DNA of 9,362 nucleotides, from the IMG/VR virus record IMGVR_UViG_2541047897_000003; one strand, given 5' to 3'. The translations under genes and the position numbers were made by a program. Below are positions 1 through 7,571 of the stretch, piece by piece (position 1 is the first letter of the stretch; every line of letters starts with the position of its first letter). This stretch comes from a virus. Its lineage: Duplodnaviria > Heunggongvirae > Uroviricota > Caudoviricetes. The notes below the pieces were generated by a model, which saw only the letters and a list, made by a program, of their open reading frames with translations, was not told the origin of the DNA and did no database searches.

Positions 1-1056
1 TTAAAACTGATAGGTCATGCCAACCGCGACAATATCATCATTATTAATATTCAATTTGTTATCGCTATCCAGTTGGTTGATTTTATAATCAACAAACGCT
101 GACATATTTTTGTTGAAATAATACGTAGCACCAACATCGACATAATTGACCAGATCTTCATCACCGATGCCCTCAATATCTTTCCCTTTCGATAAGACAT
201 AACCCAGCGATGGACGCAGACCAAAGTCAAACTGGTATTGAGCGACCGCTTCAAAGTTCTGCGTCTTATTGGCAAAGCCGCCAGAGATTGGCATCATTTT
301 ACGTGTTTCAGAATAGAAAGTTGCCAGATAAATATTATTGGCATCGTATTTCAGACCTGTTGCCCATGCTTCTGCACGCTTGCCTGTGCCACGGCTTTGC
401 AGGTTCTGCTCGTTGGTACGATCAGAGTTGGTATAGGCTCCACTGATGGCGAAATCGCTGCCACCAAAGTCATATGTCAATGACGTGCCGAAGCCATCGC
501 CGTTTTGCTTTTTAACGTCGCGGTTTTCGTTTTTCCCTTGATATTGCAGGGTTAAGTTCAGGCCATCGATAACGCCGAAGAAGTCGGTGTTCCGATACGT
601 CGCCAGACCGCTGGCGCGTTTGGTCATAAAGTTGTCGGTCTGCGCCGAGGAGTCGCCACCAAATTCCGGGAACATATCGGTCCAGGCTTCCACGTCATAC
701 AACGCGCCCAGGTTACGACCATAATCGAAAGAACCCAAATCTTTATATTTCAACCCGGCAAAAGCGAGACGCGTTTTTTGCTGTGCAGTATCACTCTCCG
801 CTTTATTACCGGCAAACTCAGCTTCCCAACGACCATAACCAGTCAGTTGATCGTTAATTTGTGTTTCGCCTTTAAAACCAAAACGGATATAACTCTGGTC
901 GCCATCTTTACTGTCATTATCACTCATATAATGCATGGCTTTAACTTTGCCATAGACATCCAGTTTATTACCGTCTTTGTTATATATTTCTGCGGCCTGT
1001 ACGGATACAGATGCCACAATGCCCATCACCACTAATGCCAGAGTGCTCTTTTTCAT
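1..1056 (-). CDS. phoE: Outer-membrane phosphoporin PhoE (phosphate-starvation-inducible anion porin), complete
   Basis: ORF track 1..1062 (-) translates to [18 protein letters not shown]...[18 protein letters not shown]... ending ...VGMTYQF (signal peptide, C-terminal Phe typical of general porins). Recognised from memory as E. coli PhoE. The second ATG (1056-1054) is preceded by AGGA at ~6 nt and gives the known MKKSTL N-terminus; stop codon at 1-3. Confidence 0.9.
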   Translation of the reverse strand: MKKSTLALVVMGIVASVSVQAAEIYNKDGNKLDVYGKVKAMHYMSDNDSKDGDQSYIRFGFKGETQINDQLTGYGRWEAEFAGNKAESDTAQQKTRLAFAGLKYKDLGSFDYGRNLGALYDVEAWTDMFPEFGGDSSAQTDNFMTKRASGLATYRNTDFFGVIDGLNLTLQYQGKNENRDVKKQNGDGFGTSLTYDFGGSDFAISGAYTNSDRTNEQNLQSRGTGKRAEAWATGLKYDANNIYLATFYSETRKMMPISGGFANKTQNFEAVAQYQFDFGLRPSLGYVLSKGKDIEGIGDEDLVNYVDVGATYYFNKNMSAFVDYKINQLDSDNKLNINNDDIVAVGMTYQF

Positions 1057-1128
1057 TTTCATTCCTGATTTTAATTAACGCGCGAATATTCAGCGGGAGA
1101 GTCCCGTTGAAAACAGGAAAGTTTTTAA

Positions 1129-1155
1129 CCTGAGATTGTTAAAGATATATTACAG
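1129..1155 (-). promoter_or_regulatory. Pho box (PhoB-binding site) of the phoE promoter
   Basis: Reverse complement of 1129-1155 reads CTGTAATATATCTTTAACAATCTCAGG, which matches my recollection of the phoE Pho box and the CTGT-N7-CTGT-like PhoB half-site spacing. It lies ~75-100 bp upstream of the phoE start. Confidence 0.6.
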
Positions 1156-1180
1156 ATTAATAATATTCTTAAAATGTGGT

Positions 1181-1352
1181 TGTATTGATTCACTTGAAGT
1201 ACGAAAAAAACCGGGAGGACATTGGATTATTCGGGATCTGATGGGATTAGATTTGGTGGGGCTTGCAAGCCTGTAGCGCAAATTTTAGTCGTTAATCAAT
1301 GAAACGCGAAAGATAGTAAAAAATTGCTTTTGTTTCATTGAAAATACGAAAA
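1181..1352 (+). repeat. Prophage left attachment end (attL) with three MuA-binding sites: L1 ~1186-1207, L2 ~1291-1312, L3 ~1331-1352
   Basis: The 5' TG terminus is at 1181. L1 (TGATTCACTTGAAGTACGAAAA) and L3 (TGTTTCATTGAAAATACGAAAA) fit the MuA end-site consensus YGTTTCAYTNNAARYRCGAAAR; L2 (..ATGAAACGCGAAAG) is a weaker match. Spacing of L1/L2/L3 from the terminus (~6, ~111, ~151) is as in Mu. Confidence 0.8.
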
Positions 1353-1518
1353 ACAAAAACACAGCAAATCATTTCAATAACAGCTTCAAAAAACGTTCAA
1401 AACCGATAACAACCAGGCTGTAACCAAATGACTCATATCACAAATCAGCTCATGCCGTTTAGGTATGTTACATGTGTGATTATGTGAGGTGAAGTATGTT
1501 TTAGCTGGTTCATGGTTG

Positions 1519-2034
1519 TTATACGGCTTTTTTTACATCTTGTGGTTCTTGTGAAGGAGCTACAAAACCTTCCTGTTCATGAATACCATACTCTGACAAA
1601 ATCTCTTTGCGCGCATCTGCTGGTAAAGTTTCTAGCATTTGGGCTAGTTGTATGCACTCACGCGATACGCCGTGCAGAGATTGGATTTGAGTCTGATCAA
1701 AGATACTTGGCATTAGTGCTCCAAGTCCGCCTTTACTAAGTAGCTTTAATGCCCTCTGGATTTCCTCTGGTTCTAACTCTGCGACCAAAGCCATTAACAC
1801 AGAAGCTAACTTATAAGCTGGCTTATCGCTATCTAATAACTGCGCCCCTCCTAATTCTGCCTGAGTGGCATCAGGTAATGAGCTGATATGGTATTCATAA
1901 GCAACTCCCTTTACTCCTTTGATCTGTCTCTTTTTCCATCCCTCATTAGTTGCTTTGCGGCTAATACTACTTGCTGAAGACGGAAGACCAGCAACCCCTT
2001 GTAGCTCTTTAGCTGAAAACCATTCTTGTGTCAT
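1519..2034 (-). CDS. c: Prophage repressor c (immunity repressor), D108-like rather than Mu-like; N-terminal winged-helix DNA-binding domain shared with the transposase
   Basis: ORF track 1519..2037 (-). The likely start is the ATG at 2034-2032, preceded by GAGG ~7 nt upstream on the minus strand (the track starts at an upstream GTG). Position and orientation match Mu c. The N-terminus ([24 protein letters not shown]...[15 protein letters not shown]) parallels the N-terminus of the adjacent transposase. Confidence 0.8.
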   Translation of the reverse strand: MTQEWFSAKELQGVAGLPSSASSISRKATNEGWKKRQIKGVKGVAYEYHISSLPDATQAELGGAQLLDSDKPAYKLASVLMALVAELEPEEIQRALKLLSKGGLGALMPSIFDQTQIQSLHGVSRECIQLAQMLETLPADARKEILSEYGIHEQEGFVAPSQEPQDVKKAV

Positions 2035-2233
2035 CACAAACCTCGCTTTAAATACACTGTGTATTCAAAGAAACAAAAATATATTCATTTTAAAATCATC
2101 AAGATAGATGAAATTCAAACGAAATATTTGAATACATCATTGCATTGACAATGTATTCACACTAACATTGCTGCATACCTTGTCAGCTACCTTGCGGCGT
2201 AGCTGATGGCGTAGCTTGTGAGGATTGCATTTT
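2035..2233. promoter_or_regulatory. Divergent early/repressor promoter-operator region, overlapping the expected transposition enhancer; repeated TGTATTCA motifs
   Basis: 200-bp AT-rich interval between divergent c and ner. TGTATTCA at 2060-2067 and 2152-2159, its complement TGAATACA at 2129-2136, and a one-mismatch copy at 2080-2087. Perfect 15-bp palindrome AATACACTGTGTATT at 2051-2065. TTGACA at 2145-2150 is a candidate -35 for the rightward early promoter, but no good -10 was found. Confidence 0.55.
2182..2218. promoter_or_regulatory. Putative Ner operator: inverted repeat plus direct repeat just upstream of ner
   Basis: Inverted repeat TCAGCTAC (2183-2190) / GTAGCTGA (2199-2206) with an 8-bp spacer. 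Direct repeat GGCGTAGCT at 2197-2205 and 2208-2216, 11 bp apart (one helical turn). This is where Ner-type repressors are known to bind in Mu and D108. Confidence 0.4.
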
Positions 2234-2452
2234 ATGGCGATAAAGAAAAGTAAATGTGAAGACAAAAGCAGATACGACATTGTTGCTGATCTGCGCAAAA
2301 GAGGAAAAAGCCTAGCAGCTCTTGGTCGTGAGAACGGTCTCTCTATCTCTACGGTAAAAAATGCCTTGGATAAACCTTACCCTCGGGGTGAAAGAATTAT
2401 TGCCGATGCATTGGGAGTTGAGCCACGAGACCTCTGGCCTTCGAGGTATTGA
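2234..2452 (+). CDS. ner: Ner-like DNA-binding protein (negative regulator of early and repressor transcription; Ner/Nlp family)
   Basis: ORF track 2225..2452 starts at TTG. The likely start is the ATG at 2234, with GAGG at 2219-2222. The product (MAIKKSK...[58 protein letters not shown]) has the Ner/Nlp HTH signature and C-terminal WPSRY. Its stop overlaps the transposase start region. Confidence 0.8.
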   Translation: MAIKKSKCEDKSRYDIVADLRKRGKSLAALGRENGLSISTVKNALDKPYPRGERIIADALGVEPRDLWPSRY

Positions 2453-2454
2453 AA

Positions 2455-4455
2455 ATGCAACCACAATGTAATGATTGGTTTTCTGCAAAGAAATTAGAAG
2501 GGCTGATAGGTCTTCCAAAATCCTCTAGCGCGATCTCTCGTAAAGCAAGGTTAGAACAGTGGGTGTTTCGACAGATACACGGGGTAAGAGGAGTAGCCTA
2601 TGAGTTTCATATCTCATCTTTACCAAAGGAAACGCAAGCTGCGTTATTGCTTAGACAAGGAGAGATTGAAACAAGCATGGGCCGTTTTGAAATCGCCCGC
2701 CCCACGCTGGAAGCCCACGATTATGATCGCGAGGCGCTGTGGAGCAAATGGGATAACGCCAGCGATTCCCAGCGCAGACTTGCTGAAAAATGGTTGCCTG
2801 CGGTTCAGGCCGCAGACGAAATGCTGAACCAGGGGATTTCAACAAAAACGGCTTTTGCGACCGTTGCAGGACATTACCAGGTCAGCGCATCCACTTTGCG
2901 TGACAAGTATTACCAGGTACAGAAGTTTGCGAAGCCTGACTGGGCGGCTGCTCTTGTTGATGGACGTGGTGCATCCCGTCGCAATGTTCACAAAAGTGAA
3001 TTTGACGAGGATGCCTGGCAGTTTCTGATTGCAGATTATCTGCGACCGGAAAAACCCGCCTTCCGCAAATGTTATGAGCGTCTGGAACTGGCAGCCCGCG
3101 AGCATGGCTGGAGTATTCCCTCCCGTGCCACGGCCTTTCGCCGGATTCAGCAACTGAACGAGGCAATGGTTGTTGCCTGCCGTGAAGGTGAACATGCACT
3201 GATGCATCTGATACCGGCACAACAACGAACTGTGGAACACCTGGACGCCATGCAGTGGATCAACGGCGACGGTTATCTGCATAACGTCTTTGTACGCTGG
3301 TTTAACGGTGATGTGATCCGCCCGAAAACATGGTTCTGGCAGGATGTGAAAACCCGAAAAATTCTGGGCTGGCGCTGCGATGTGAGCGAGAACATTGATT
3401 CAATTCGCCTCTCGTTCATGGATGTTGTGACTCGCTACGGTATCCCGGAGGATTTTCACATCACCATTGATAACACCCGTGGTGCTGCGAATAAATGGCT
3501 GACGGGAGGCGCGCCCAATCGCTACCGCTTTAAGGTAAAAGAGGACGATCCAAAAGGACTGTTTTTACTGATGGGGGCGAAAATGCACTGGACAAGCGTT
3601 GTTGCCGGTAAAGGCTGGGGCCAGGCAAAACCTGTTGAACGTGCTTTCGGTGTTGGTGGGCTTGAGGAATACGTTGATAAGCATCCGGCACTGGCTGGCG
3701 CATATACGGGGCCTAATCCGCAGGCAAAACCTGATAACTATGGCGACCGCGCTGTTGATGCAGAGCTGTTTCTGAAAACCCTTGCCGAAGGTGTGGCGAT
3801 GTTCAATGCCAGAACAGGCCGTGAAACAGAAATGTGCGGAGGCAAACTTTCGTTTGATGACGTTTTTGAGCGTGAATACGCCAGAACGATTGTGCGTAAG
3901 CCTACCGAAGAGCAAAAACGGATGCTGTTACTGCCTGCCGAGGCGGTGAACGTTTCACGTAAAGGCGAGTTCGCGCTTAAAGTTGGCGGCTCCCTTAAAG
4001 GTGCGAAAAACGTTTATTACAACATGGCGTTAATGAATGCCGGAGTGAAAAAAGTTGTGGTCAGATTTGATCCACAGCAGTTACACAGCACGGTTTATTG
4101 CTACACCCTGGACGGTCGGTTTATCTGTGAAGCGGAATGTCTGTCACCTGTTGCGTTTAATGATGCTGCGGCAGGCCGTGAATATCGCCGCCGCCAGAAA
4201 CAACTGAAATCTGCGACGAAAGCAGCGATTAAGGCACAGAAACAAATGGATGCACTGGAAGTGGCAGAGCTGCTGCCGCAGATAGCCGAACCTGAAGCAC
4301 CAGAATCACGAATTGTCGGCATTTTCCGGCCTTCCGGTAATATGGAACGGGTGAAGAATCAGGAGCGTGATGATGAATACGAAACTGAGCGTGATGAATA
4401 TCTGAATCATTCGCTGGATATTCTGGAACAGAACAGACGTAAAAAAGCCATTTAA
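2455..4455 (+). CDS. A: Mu-type DDE transposase A (MuA) with a D108-like N-terminal enhancer/operator-binding domain
   Basis: ORF track 2449..4455 (668 aa from TTG). The likely start is the ATG at 2455, with GAGG at 2443-2446. From about residue 65 onward ([12 protein letters not shown]...[38 protein letters not shown]...) it matches Mu transposase as I recall it. DDE catalytic contexts are visible ([31 protein letters not shown]). Confidence 0.95.
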   Translation: MQPQCNDWFSAKKLEGLIGLPKSSSAISRKARLEQWVFRQIHGVRGVAYEFHISSLPKETQAALLLRQGEIETSMGRFEIARPTLEAHDYDREALWSKWDNASDSQRRLAEKWLPAVQAADEMLNQGISTKTAFATVAGHYQVSASTLRDKYYQVQKFAKPDWAAALVDGRGASRRNVHKSEFDEDAWQFLIADYLRPEKPAFRKCYERLELAAREHGWSIPSRATAFRRIQQLNEAMVVACREGEHALMHLIPAQQRTVEHLDAMQWINGDGYLHNVFVRWFNGDVIRPKTWFWQDVKTRKILGWRCDVSENIDSIRLSFMDVVTRYGIPEDFHITIDNTRGAANKWLTGGAPNRYRFKVKEDDPKGLFLLMGAKMHWTSVVAGKGWGQAKPVERAFGVGGLEEYVDKHPALAGAYTGPNPQAKPDNYGDRAVDAELFLKTLAEGVAMFNARTGRETEMCGGKLSFDDVFEREYARTIVRKPTEEQKRMLLLPAEAVNVSRKGEFALKVGGSLKGAKNVYYNMALMNAGVKKVVVRFDPQQLHSTVYCYTLDGRFICEAECLSPVAFNDAAAGREYRRRQKQLKSATKAAIKAQKQMDALEVAELLPQIAEPEAPESRIVGIFRPSGNMERVKNQERDDEYETERDEYLNHSLDILEQNRRKKAI

Positions 4456-4493
4456 TTAACGTTTAAACAAAATTTAATTACGAGGTTATTCAG

Positions 4494-5432
4494 ATGAATA
4501 TTTCCGATATTCGCGCAGGACTGCGCACGCTTGTAGAAAATGAAGAAACCACCTTTAAACAAATTGCTCTTGAGAGCGGACTTTCTACCGGAACTATCAG
4601 TAGTTTTATCAATGATAAGTACAACGGGGATAACGAGCGTATTTCACAAATTCTGCAACGCTGGCTGGAAAAATATCATGCAGTTGCAGAACTACCTGAA
4701 CCGCCCCGCTTTGTGGAAACGCAGACGGTAAAACAAATCTGGACAAGTATGCGTTTTGCCAGCCTGACTGAAAGTATTGCTGTTGTATGTGGCAATCCTG
4801 GTGTGGGCAAAACCGAAGCGGCCCGTGAATATCGCCGCACCAATAACAATGTCTGGATGATCACCATTACGCCATCCTGTGCCAGCGTTCTGGAATGTCT
4901 TACTGAACTGGCGTTTGAGCTGGGAATGAATGACGCACCACGCCGTAAAGGGCCGCTCTCCCGCGCCCTGCGACGTCGCCTTGAAGGTACACAGGGGCTG
5001 GTTATCATCGACGAAGCTGATCATCTTGGTGCCGAAGTTCTGGAAGAACTCCGCCTGTTACAGGAATCAACCCGTATTGGCCTTGTGCTGATGGGAAATC
5101 ACCGGGTTTATTCAAATATGACGGGGGGTAACAGAACGGTTGAATTTGCCCGTCTGTTTTCCCGTATTGCAAAGCGCACTGCAATTAATAAAACAAAAAA
5201 AGCCGATGTAAAAGCTATTGCGGATGCCTGGCAGATTAACGGCGAAAAAGAACTGGAGTTATTACAGCAGATTGCGCAGAAACCAGGTGCGCTTCGCATT
5301 CTGAATCATTCACTTCGCCTTGCCGCCATGACGGCTCACGGTAAAGGTGAGCGTGTTAACGAAGATTATCTGCGTCAGGCTTTCCGTGAATTAGACCTGG
5401 ACGTTGATATTTCAACGCTGCTGCGTAATTAA
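4494..5432 (+). CDS. B: Mu B protein (AAA+ ATPase, target-DNA capture and transposition activator)
   Basis: 312-aa ORF with GAGG 7 nt upstream. N-terminus MNISDIRAGLRTLVENEETTFKQIALESGLSTGTISSFIND (HTH). Walker A GNPGVGKTEA and Walker B LVIIDEADHL. Length and sequence match MuB from memory. Confidence 0.95.
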   Translation: MNISDIRAGLRTLVENEETTFKQIALESGLSTGTISSFINDKYNGDNERISQILQRWLEKYHAVAELPEPPRFVETQTVKQIWTSMRFASLTESIAVVCGNPGVGKTEAAREYRRTNNNVWMITITPSCASVLECLTELAFELGMNDAPRRKGPLSRALRRRLEGTQGLVIIDEADHLGAEVLEELRLLQESTRIGLVLMGNHRVYSNMTGGNRTVEFARLFSRIAKRTAINKTKKADVKAIADAWQINGEKELELLQQIAQKPGALRILNHSLRLAAMTAHGKGERVNEDYLRQAFRELDLDVDISTLLRN

Positions 5433-5447
5433 GAAGGAGAAGAAATT

Positions 5448-5675
5448 ATGATGGCCCGAAATATAAAAATGGCAACGGATGCGCAGAACTGGTTACAGGC
5501 GCGCGGGAGTCATGTAAATGAATCATATCTCGGCGTGGCGCGTCCGATTCTTGAAATCACTTACCCACCGGTGGAACTGGTAAAAAGCGCGGTCAGAATT
5601 ATGGAGCATAAGTCCGGGGTGGCCCGTTCTGTATGGACGGCCCGTCTTAATGGTTGCCAGATTATCTGGAGATAA
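5448..5675 (+). CDS. kil: Kil-like small early protein (assigned by position immediately downstream of B, as in Mu)
   Basis: 75-aa ORF (74 aa if started at the ATG at 5451). GGAG at 5436-5439. Tightly packed after B in the same operon. Functional assignment is by synteny only. Confidence 0.55.
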   Translation: MMARNIKMATDAQNWLQARGSHVNESYLGVARPILEITYPPVELVKSAVRIMEHKSGVARSVWTARLNGCQIIWR

Positions 5676-5677
5676 CG

Positions 5678-5908
5678 ATGTGTATTAAAGCTGAAAAATA
5701 TATTGAATGGGTTAAACACTGTCAGTGCCACGGGGTGCCGCTGACGACATATAAATGCCCCGGATGTGGTGAACAGATTATGACGCAATGCTCACCCGAA
5801 AAGGAAATTCGGGATTCCCTGACATGTTGTCCGTGGTGCAGCGCGGTTTTCTTTAAGCAGGTAAAAGGCGCGAAGGTAAAAGCCAGCGCAGTTATTCAGA
5901 ATCAATAA
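5678..5908 (+). CDS. Hypothetical small Cys-rich (putative zinc-binding) early protein
   Basis: The ATG at 5678 follows the kil stop (5673-5675) by 2 nt, with GGAG at 5667-5670; the track ORF 5654..5908 starts further upstream. The 76-aa product has 9 Cys: C15-x-C17, C27-x2-C30, C38, C50-C51-x2-C54. Confidence 0.55.
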   Translation: MCIKAEKYIEWVKHCQCHGVPLTTYKCPGCGEQIMTQCSPEKEIRDSLTCCPWCSAVFFKQVKGAKVKASAVIQNQ

Positions 5909-5919
5909 GGAGAAACAAA

Positions 5920-6189
5920 ATGGCAAAGGTTATCTTTGAGTTTACATGGCTGGAAAGTAGTGACGGTTGCAATGGGCGCAGAGAAGTTCTGGATGCAAAA
6001 GCATGTCTTGCAGATATCTCGCCAACGGAAAATACCGGGCCTCATGATTTACTGGCAAATATCGTCCTGACTATGGCTCCTGAAATTATTAAAAAGGCCA
6101 AAGATGAGATGCTGACCACTATGAAGAAAGTGGGTATGGAAGCTGAATGTGATTTAGTACCACATCCGGTGAATGCGGTTAAACATTAA
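5920..6189 (+). CDS. Hypothetical early protein (89 aa)
   Basis: ORF with a strong RBS (AAGGAGA ~8 nt upstream of the ATG), co-directional and tightly spaced within the early operon. No recognisable motif. Confidence 0.55.
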   Translation: MAKVIFEFTWLESSDGCNGRREVLDAKACLADISPTENTGPHDLLANIVLTMAPEIIKKAKDEMLTTMKKVGMEAECDLVPHPVNAVKH

Positions 6190-6209
6190 TTCGCAAAGGA
6201 ACGCTGACA

Positions 6210-6629
6210 ATGAACGTCAAAATCCGAAATGAAATTCAGGCATTAATCCGAATTCAGGAACGCAATAACAACGGTGGTGAATTACGCGAGTTTATTTGCG
6301 CCCGAAAAGTTGATGATTGTGGTGAAAAGACTTACCTGATTGCTTTCGACCATTACAGCATCTGTGCGCGTTATTGCGGCGAAAGCATATCCCGCGCCAT
6401 TGCGTCTGGCGATGCGTTTAACGTGGATTTATGGGAGTACGTCATGGACCGGGAATACATCTGCGCATCAGACCCCGAAGCCCGTGAAATGTGGCAGCGT
6501 ATCTGGCGCGATTACCGGTTAATGGCAAAAGGCTGGGCGCGCTGCTGTTATTCCTCGCTTGCCCTGAAAGCGGTTCAGTTATCGCTGCGGCATATTCCGG
6601 CATCACTGCGCGAGCCTCTGCTGTACTGA
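6210..6629 (+). CDS. Hypothetical early protein (139 aa)
   Basis: ORF with AAGGA upstream. Stop TGA at 6627-6629 abuts the next ATG (TGAATG). Several Cys and Trp residues; no recognisable catalytic motif. Confidence 0.55.
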   Translation: MNVKIRNEIQALIRIQERNNNGGELREFICARKVDDCGEKTYLIAFDHYSICARYCGESISRAIASGDAFNVDLWEYVMDREYICASDPEAREMWQRIWRDYRLMAKGWARCCYSSLALKAVQLSLRHIPASLREPLLY

Positions 6630-6929
6630 ATGGTGGCTGACATGAAGTGTAATCGTAAGCGCTGGTCACGCGAAGACCGGGAATTTATCGAAGCCAGTGT
6701 CGGGAAAATGACCGTTGAAGAAATGGCGGAAAAACTGAAAGTCGCCACAACCGCCCTCCGGGCACATGCCAGAAGGCACGGAATATCATTGTGTGTATAC
6801 CGAATCAGTGAACACGACAAATATTTATGTCGTGAACTTTATAAAGAAGGGCTGGCTATTCATGTCATTGCCCGAAAGATGGAATTAAGCAATCGAGCTG
6901 TATCCAGCATTGTATACAGCGGATATTAA
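6630..6929 (+). CDS. Hypothetical small DNA-binding protein with two helix-turn-helix-like segments
   Basis: 99-aa ORF; alternative start ATG at 6642, preceded by GGTGG. First segment RKRWSREDREFIEASVGKMTVEEMAEKLKVATTALRAHARRHGIS resembles the HTH of IS3-family OrfA and terminase small subunits. A second HTH-like stretch is GLAIHVIARKMELSNRAVSSIVYSG. Confidence 0.5.
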   Translation: MVADMKCNRKRWSREDREFIEASVGKMTVEEMAEKLKVATTALRAHARRHGISLCVYRISEHDKYLCRELYKEGLAIHVIARKMELSNRAVSSIVYSGY

Positions 6930-6948
6930 TTAACAGGAGCTTTAATTT

Positions 6949-7473
6949 ATGGCTAAACCAGCAAAACGCATCAAAAGTGCCGCAGCGGCTTATGTGCCAC
7001 AAAACCGCGATGCGGTGATTACCGATATTAAACGCATCGGGGATTTACAGCGCGAAGCATCACGTCTGGAAACGGAAATGAATGATGCCATCGCGGAAAT
7101 TACGGAGAAATTTGCAGCCCGGATTGCACCGATTAAAACCGATATTGAAACCCTTTCAAAAGGCGTTCAGGGATGGTGTGAAGCGAACCGCGACGAACTG
7201 ACGAACGGCGGCAAAGTGAAGACGGCGAATCTTGTCACCGGTGATGTATCGTGGCGGGTCCGTCCACCATCAGTAAGTATTCGTGGTATGGATGCAGTGA
7301 TGGAAACGCTGGAGCGCCTTGGCCTGCAACGCTTTATTCGCACGAAGCAGGAAATCAACAAGGAGGCGATTTTACTGGAACCAAAAGCCGTCGCAGGTGT
7401 TGCCGGAATTACGGTTAAATCGGGAATTGAAGATTTTTCCATTATTCCATTTGAACAGGAAGCCGGTATTTAA
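6949..7473 (+). CDS. gam: Gam (Ku-like double-strand DNA-end-binding protein; host exonuclease inhibitor)
   Basis: 174-aa ORF with AGGAG ~10 nt upstream. Sequence MAKPAKRIKSAAAAYVPQNRDAVITDIKRIGDLQREASRLETEMNDAIAEI... matches Mu Gam from memory in length and sequence. Confidence 0.9.
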   Translation: MAKPAKRIKSAAAAYVPQNRDAVITDIKRIGDLQREASRLETEMNDAIAEITEKFAARIAPIKTDIETLSKGVQGWCEANRDELTNGGKVKTANLVTGDVSWRVRPPSVSIRGMDAVMETLERLGLQRFIRTKQEINKEAILLEPKAVAGVAGITVKSGIEDFSIIPFEQEAGI

Positions 7474-7515
7474 TACCACCATTAATATTTAATTAATTCA
7501 CATTCTTTTAATTAT

Positions 7516-7545
7516 GGCGCGATGCGTCAGGGGATTGCTCGCGCC
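7516..7545 (+). other. GC-rich inverted repeat (7-bp stem GGCGCGA/TCGCGCC, 16-nt loop) in the gam-downstream intergenic gap; not a canonical intrinsic terminator
   Basis: GGCGCGA at 7516-7522 pairs with TCGCGCC at 7539-7545. It sits in the only sizeable gap (7474-7571) of the early operon and is preceded by a very AT-rich stretch (7471-7515). No U-tract follows the stem. Confidence 0.3.
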
Positions 7546-7571
7546 TGAAACAGATTACTGAGGAATAAAAC

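Noticed and set aside
51-483. Short ORFs (51..275 -, 210..446 +, 238..483 +, 778..1035 +) inside phoE
   Set aside because: They are embedded in or antisense to the well-supported phoE reading frame, lack convincing RBSs, and give low-complexity translations; treated as spurious.
1176-1180. 5-bp target-site duplication (GTGGT) flanking the prophage
   Set aside because: Only the left junction is in the window, so the duplication cannot be confirmed; mentioned as a prediction rather than annotated.
1527-1533. Run of seven T on the plus strand that looked like a terminator U-tract
   Set aside because: It lies inside the repressor coding sequence (encodes the C-terminal Lys-Lys on the minus strand) and has no adjacent stem-loop in the right orientation.
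1512-2107. Plus-strand ORFs 1512..1739 and 1919..2107 overlapping the repressor gene
   Set aside because: They overlap the better-supported minus-strand repressor ORF, whose N-terminal domain is homologous to the transposase N-terminus; the plus-strand ORFs have no RBS or homology support.
2090-2125. Possible IHF site (WATCAANNNNTTR) between the operators, as reported for Mu
   Set aside because: Only partial matches (e.g. CATCAAGATAGATG) were found by eye; not strong enough to annotate without a scored search.
2600-5299. Antisense and alternate-frame ORFs within transposase A and B (e.g. 2839..3282 -, 2882..3220 -, 3565..3915 -, 4676..5008 -, 4692..5024 -, 5108..5299 -)
   Set aside because: Fully contained within the highly confident A and B coding frames, with Arg/Ser/Cys-rich translations typical of off-frame reading of coding DNA; no start-site support.
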